This document shows, in pieces, positions 59,035 to 64,000 of a stretch of DNA of 64,000 nt. Made by a program: the position numbers and the translations under genes. The notes beneath the pieces were generated by a model. It saw only the letters and a program-made list of their open reading frames with translations, was not told the origin of the DNA and did not search any database. Source of the stretch: Candidatus Poribacteria bacterium (lineage in GTDB: Bacteria > Poribacteria > WGA-4E > PCPOR2b); assembly GCA_965116925.1 (NCBI GenBank), contig OZ220744.1, positions 3,456,001-3,520,000 of the forward strand, given 5' to 3'. Numbering within the stretch: the stretch's first letter is position 1; each line of letters starts with the position of its first letter.

Positions 59035-60045
59035 ATGACAGCCCGTGAAATTATCGAAGAAGCACAGCTATTAATCGGCGATCCAAATGTCGATTTCCAC
59101 GATCAAGACCGAATGCTTTTCGCGCTGAATCGTGCGACAAACCGAATATCGACGCGCAGCCGATCTATCCACGAACAGTGGCATCACCCGGTCATAGCGG
59201 GTCAATATCAATATGCGCTGCCACCGGGGACCCTCTATATCCGCAAAGCAAAATATAAGAACGGGACATGGTGCGACTTGGATCGGGGATTTTTTGACGA
59301 TGTCGAAGCACGCGCAGCATATCCGGGCGGCGGACCGCCGCGAACCTTTTCGCTATGGCAGAACGCGAGGGAGGAGCGATTTGTCGGCACGGTCGAAGCG
59401 GTTGAGTTTAACGAGCAGCAAATGCAGCGGCGCGTCACCTTTAACATGCCAAATACCGAAGGGGCAATCCGTTTAGGAGATTTGGTGTTCAACCTGTCCA
59501 TAGGTCACGGCGAAGGAGTTATCACCGCGATCTTCGATACAGATGACCCCAATAATACGACGCAGATTGCGTATTCCGCACTACAAGGCGGTACGCGGGA
59601 CCAATTCGAGGTAGGCGATCAGATTCGGATCACATCACCTCACACCAGCGGCCATGCGATGATTATCGCACCGGCACCTACCCGCAACGACGAAGCAGGC
59701 GAAGAGTCGATTGCAGTATTCGTGGCGCGACGGCATCGGGTAATCACGCCGAAGGAGATGGACAACGAGAACGACTCATTGGAGTTAGACGACGAATTTA
59801 ACGACACACTTATCTACGAAATACTACACTGGGCCCGGGTGCAAAGGATGGGGCTTGACACGACCGCACAGCTCTATCGGCGGCTCTCCAACGAGGAGTA
59901 TCTCCAAGCGATTCCGTTGGTCGAGAATCGAATCAGCCAGCGTCTAAATATGTGGGAACGCGGACTGACCGCCGGCGGTGCCTACAGAGATGTAGATGTC
60001 AAAAACACCACACAGAACGGCTTCAACAACGTTGTGGTGGCATAA
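59035..60045 (+). CDS. Putative head-tail adaptor (tail tubular A-like)
   Basis: MTAREIIEEAQLLIGD...LNRA...GQYQYALP...IAPAP...LIY pattern. Confidence 0.65.
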   Translation: MTAREIIEEAQLLIGDPNVDFHDQDRMLFALNRATNRISTRSRSIHEQWHHPVIAGQYQYALPPGTLYIRKAKYKNGTWCDLDRGFFDDVEARAAYPGGGPPRTFSLWQNAREERFVGTVEAVEFNEQQMQRRVTFNMPNTEGAIRLGDLVFNLSIGHGEGVITAIFDTDDPNNTTQIAYSALQGGTRDQFEVGDQIRITSPHTSGHAMIIAPAPTRNDEAGEESIAVFVARRHRVITPKEMDNENDSLELDDEFNDTLIYEILHWARVQRMGLDTTAQLYRRLSNEEYLQAIPLVENRISQRLNMWERGLTAGGAYRDVDVKNTTQNGFNNVVVA

Positions 60046-60332
60046 TAAGCCTTCACCAATCTTCAAAAGTCTGTAGGTTGGGTTGAACGCCTGTGAAACC
60101 CAACATTTACGCATTACGCATCACGTTTTAGGGTATCCGTGAATTTGGGGTTGCTTTGGCGGATAGGGGCCGTCAAGTGCTTCAAACAAAAAATGTTGAA
60201 CAATAGTCACTGTAAGGGGTAATACCCATTATAATCCTTCCTTTCTTGGGAGTTGGATAAGATTATGACCCTTATCCCGACTCAAGTTGATTTATGAGCA
60301 ACCCTTTAATTAAAAGTAAGGAGACATTCCCC

Positions 60333-61142
60333 ATGAAATTGAATCGGATACCCAAACCTATTCTCATAGCAACATTTATCGTCATCGTTTTGGTCGCGCT
60401 ATGGCACTTTGGATCCAATCGACAAATGCCCAAGCACATCACCGGTAAAGATGGCACCCCGATGGTCCTAATCCCTGCCGGCGAGTTTCAGATGGGAAGC
60501 GACGACGGTGAAGATGACGAAAAACCGGTCCACACCGTCTACCTCGATGCCTTCTACATGGATATCTATGAAGTGACCAATGCACAGTACGTAAAATTCT
60601 GTGAATCAACGGGACGTGAGCCCGGAGGGCATTGGAGTCACGGGCTACCCGGATATGGTCTTCCCAATCAGCCGGTCATGGGCAGAGCGTGGCAAGAAGC
60701 GGTGGAATATTGCGAGTGGGCGGGAAAGCGGCTGCCCACCGAAGCGGAGTGGGAGAAAGCCGCACGAGGCGGTTTAGAAGGAAAGAGATACCCTTGGGGT
60801 GATGAACCCCCTGACGAAACCAAGACAAACTTTAATAGGCATCGCAGATACCCGATGCCTGTAGGAAGCTATCCTCCTAATGGCTATGGTCTTCACGACA
60901 TGGCGGGAAATGTTGAGGAATGGTGCTATGATTGGTATCGTCCCGATTACTATCAAAACTCCCCGAAACGGAACCCGCAAGGGCCCGATTCAGGATTTCA
61001 TGGTCGGCGTGTCCTGCGTAGCGGGGATTCGACCAACATAGCGGAGGGAATTAGGTGTGCAGACCGAAGGGATCAAAACCCCAAGCCAAGGGGCATTCGT
61101 CATAATTATGGTTTTCGTTGCGCCAAATCGGTTTCGCAATAG
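60333..61142 (+). CDS. SUMF1/FGE-sulfatase domain protein
   Basis: MVLIPAGEFQMGS, EKPVHTV, YEVTN, RLPTEAEWEKAARGG, NGYGLHDMAGNV and GFRCA motifs. Confidence 0.9.
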   Translation: MKLNRIPKPILIATFIVIVLVALWHFGSNRQMPKHITGKDGTPMVLIPAGEFQMGSDDGEDDEKPVHTVYLDAFYMDIYEVTNAQYVKFCESTGREPGGHWSHGLPGYGLPNQPVMGRAWQEAVEYCEWAGKRLPTEAEWEKAARGGLEGKRYPWGDEPPDETKTNFNRHRRYPMPVGSYPPNGYGLHDMAGNVEEWCYDWYRPDYYQNSPKRNPQGPDSGFHGRRVLRSGDSTNIAEGIRCADRRDQNPKPRGIRHNYGFRCAKSVSQ

Positions 61143-61336
61143 CTGTTAAAGTAGTAGGCACACTCCGTGTGCCGTAACCAATGTTTTTCATGTTCCAATC
61201 TGGAGTTGAGCTCGTAGGTTGGGTTGAACACCAGTGAAACCCAACGCCTATCAACAAAGCAAAAACAGCTTTCACACTTTCTATCTTTACCGAAAGGAGG
61301 GAAGCGTGGACTTCCACATTTCACGCTTCACACACA

Positions 61337-61687
61337 ATGATACAACGAAAATCCGGAGAATTTAATGCAACCGCGGTGGATCTGGTATGGCAGCCGAAGG
61401 TCCAAGGCGCGGCACTACTGGTATTGGTCTCACTCGATCAGGCACCATCAACCGCTGCGAATATCGAAGTGACCTACGACAGCGCAGACGGTGAGAATTT
61501 CGACACCGTTGTTGAAGGGACAGACCCTGCGACATCTCCCGCTGCGGCGGACCTGACATTCTTGGTGGGGAATCCGCTGCCACTGCTCCGCGGCGATGCC
61601 GTGCGGGTCAAGTACACAAATCCCGACGCTAGAAGAGTCAACGTCACTATCATCGGGACGGACGATTATCTGATAGGAGGCAGCTGA
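61337..61687 (+). CDS. Hypothetical phage structural protein
   Basis: 116 aa beta-rich ORF within the tail region. Confidence 0.55.
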   Translation: MIQRKSGEFNATAVDLVWQPKVQGAALLVLVSLDQAPSTAANIEVTYDSADGENFDTVVEGTDPATSPAAADLTFLVGNPLPLLRGDAVRVKYTNPDARRVNVTIIGTDDYLIGGS

Positions 61688-61844
61688 AAAACCGTGCGTT
61701 GACAGGTATAAAGTTCCCCCCTGATAAGGGGGGCTAGGGGGGTTAGAGGGCAAAAAAATAAGAAATCCACCCCTCGCGCGTAACATAATTCTTACCCATC
61801 ACGCATCACCTATCACGCATCAATCACATGACAGGGAGAACCGA

Positions 61845-63638
61845 ATGGCTACATTGTGGCGAACCGAGAACTTTTCGAGTGGCATCCACACAAAACCCGC
61901 CCGCCTCGAAGGCGGCGAACGCTACGCCCGTGACATCGAGAACCTCCGCATCACGCATAACGGATTTATGAAATTGCGAGGCGGCTTTGAACCGATCGGG
62001 GGAAGCGGGCCCGACATCACAGGGATTGCCGCCACCACCCGTTACCTCCTTTTATTGCGAAGCGACGGCTATCTATACATCAGGGATATAAACAATCTGA
62101 ACGCCGAATCCCGCGTAGCAAACGTCGACCCCGCTACCGCCGGCTTGTCAGGGCGAATCTCTCTCGCATCACCCACCCCCGATTATCTGATAGTGACCAG
62201 CGAAGGCGACGACCTCGGCTTTTGGATAGACCTCAACAAGGAATCTACCACCTTCAAACACGCCTTTCAACTCGGTTTAGACGTGCCCCACGCCGCTCAG
62301 GTAGCAGCCATTGGACACACCACCACCGGGACCGGGTTTTCAGGCGATGGCTGGCTCCGCTACAGGTTGACATGGCTCCGAGACGCACCCGGCGAGCCGT
62401 TTGATGGCGCAGAAAGCAGTCCATCAGGCACCGTCGATGTCAATGTTATCGGCGGCGGCACAATCAACATCAACAATATCCAATTCCCGACCGACCCCCA
62501 AGTCACCCACCTCGCAATCTATCGTAATCGGGAACTGGTGCCTGAACAGAGCGATCTCACCCTCAACGCCGCCGACCTGCACCGCATCGCAACCGTTTCA
62601 AGGGAGAACCGCATTGTCGGATACATCGACGATAACAGCGCAGATTTTGACAACGGCGTCGAGATTGAACTTTTCAATAACCGATTGCCACCGGGCGTAA
62701 AACAGATTCATTTCCACCAAAAAAGGATTTTCGCAGCAGCAGGCAACAGGCTCGTATATAGTGCTTTCAATCACCTAACCCCCCAATATTGGCGGTTCAC
62801 ACCCACCAATTCTCAGCGCAGACCCGACGCCGGAGATATTACCTTCTGCGCCAGCCACCGTGAAGTCCTTTTATTCGGTGCACAGGACGGGCTCTTCAGA
62901 CTCGACGGCACGGACAACTTCGATTTTCAGGTTGATCAGATCTCAGGGGCTGGACCACGCGACGGATACAGCTGGGGGGTGTTCGAGAACACACTCGGCT
63001 TTGTCTCAGGAAGGGGCTTCCATGTGACCGACGCATCGAACAGCGATTTAGTCAGCGACGAAAGCCTTGACCAGTTCTTTACCGGGCAGCAGATAGAGCG
63101 GGGGCTCGTCGGTTTTTTCTCCGATAACACCCTCATCTTTTCCGTGATACTTCGCCCCATAGACGGCGGGGACACCAAGCAGAGCTACTTTCTTTTCGAC
63201 GATCGACACTGGACAAAATGGAGTGCCGCAAATGTCCTACAATTCGCGACCATCAACGGGCAGGTGTATATCGCAGGGAGTGACCGATTGCATCGGATTA
63301 AGTGGGAAGAAGGCGACAACACCGATACTGCCCTGGACTGGGCGTATGAATCAAACCTAATTGACGGCGACGCATTCGGCATACAGTCGGATCTCAAGCG
63401 ATTTACAGAACTCTATATCAACGCCGCAGCAGGCAGTCGCATCGTCCTCAAGACATGGAAGGACGACGATGAGATGCCCGTCAAGCAAACCTTTACGACG
63501 CGGGACAGCACCGACAGCAACGTTCAAACTGTTCTCATCGAACGAATCGCACGGCGGCTCAGGTTTCGCCTCGAAGGCGTGGGACCCGTAACGATTCGGG
63601 GCTTGTGCCTTGAAGGTAACGCAGAAAAACGGGTATAA
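61845..63638 (+). CDS. Putative tail nozzle/stabilization protein (tubular B or P22 gp10-like)
   Basis: NFS.G...A.DIEN.R..G..K.R.G N-terminus, beta-propeller-like body, KRF.EL...LRFRLEG C-terminus. Confidence 0.65.
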   Translation: MATLWRTENFSSGIHTKPARLEGGERYARDIENLRITHNGFMKLRGGFEPIGGSGPDITGIAATTRYLLLLRSDGYLYIRDINNLNAESRVANVDPATAGLSGRISLASPTPDYLIVTSEGDDLGFWIDLNKESTTFKHAFQLGLDVPHAAQVAAIGHTTTGTGFSGDGWLRYRLTWLRDAPGEPFDGAESSPSGTVDVNVIGGGTININNIQFPTDPQVTHLAIYRNRELVPEQSDLTLNAADLHRIATVSRENRIVGYIDDNSADFDNGVEIELFNNRLPPGVKQIHFHQKRIFAAAGNRLVYSAFNHLTPQYWRFTPTNSQRRPDAGDITFCASHREVLLFGAQDGLFRLDGTDNFDFQVDQISGAGPRDGYSWGVFENTLGFVSGRGFHVTDASNSDLVSDESLDQFFTGQQIERGLVGFFSDNTLIFSVILRPIDGGDTKQSYFLFDDRHWTKWSAANVLQFATINGQVYIAGSDRLHRIKWEEGDNTDTALDWAYESNLIDGDAFGIQSDLKRFTELYINAAAGSRIVLKTWKDDDEMPVKQTFTTRDSTDSNVQTVLIERIARRLRFRLEGVGPVTIRGLCLEGNAEKRV

Positions 63639-63668
63639 ATCCACAACACACTACAAAAGGAGATTACA

Positions 63669-64000
63669 ATGCCATACCACGATGAAGGATTCGGAGATAC
63701 CGAATTTGACCCCAAAAACAACCCACATGACAGAAAAGTGGTCGAGCGATACGGCGGCAAGAAAGCAGCAGCGCAACTCAAGAGCAATAAGCAGGGCAGT
63801 TTTCCGAGCGCGAAAGATTGGGCAAAGATGTTTATACCGCAAGCCAACGATCCGAATCATGTAAAAGCGGGTAAAATTATCACCTTAATTACCGCTGCGG
63901 CTGCCGGCGCACATTCGTTTTGGCCCGCTGCTGCGACACCCGCTGCTGCGACGCCACCAGCTTCAACACCATCGGCAAGTCCGGGAGAAGTGTTTGGTCC
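63669..64000 (+). CDS. Hypothetical (possible ejection/internal virion) protein, runs off right edge
   Basis: RBS AAGGAG, ATG 63669, frame open to the window end (MPYHDEGFGD...). Confidence 0.6.
   Translation, partial: MPYHDEGFGDTEFDPKNNPHDRKVVERYGGKKAAAQLKSNKQGSFPSAKDWAKMFIPQANDPNHVKAGKIITLITAAAAGAHSFWPAAATPAAATPPASTPSASPGEVFG

Noticed and set aside
60333..61142. SUMF1/C-type-lectin-fold gene as a DGR target or phage receptor-binding protein
   Set aside because: No template repeat or RT seen. It has an N-terminal membrane anchor and is flanked by host repeats, consistent with a host-type insertion.

Overview
64 kb of a bacterial chromosome, probably Candidatus Poribacteria. That assignment is inferred from the LLPNYPNPFNP-x-TWIPYQL FlgD-Ig C-terminus, PhyH/SUMF1/enolase-family genes and dense REP/MITE repeats. 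Positions 1-6.0 kb hold ordinary host catabolic genes on the minus strand. From about 6.4 kb to past the right edge lies a phage-derived island with no integrase, repressor or replication gene in view. It has four parts. (1) A roughly 19 kb mosaic array of 8 plus-strand HExxH zinc-metallopeptidase paralogs (three with degenerate active sites) interleaved with 11 minus-strand Ig-like lipoproteins, plus two copies of a fibre-like gene. (2) A holin/endolysin block and a collagen-like fibre. (3) A nucleotide-sugar, glycosyltransferase and Stf0-sulfotransferase cluster. (4) An intact podovirus-type head-tail module (TerL, portal, scaffold, major capsid, adaptor, nozzle) interrupted by host-type genes and repeats. 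Five loci carry the same leader: a covarying hairpin RGATC-NA-stem/loop-CG-GTATCY that overlaps an intrinsic terminator, three of them behind perfect TTGACA-17-TATAAT promoters. This suggests an undescribed antitermination regulon, with a small DUF2292-like ORF as candidate regulator. A phased DnaA-box cluster sits where terS would be expected. All family assignments come from motif recognition by eye; no searches were run.
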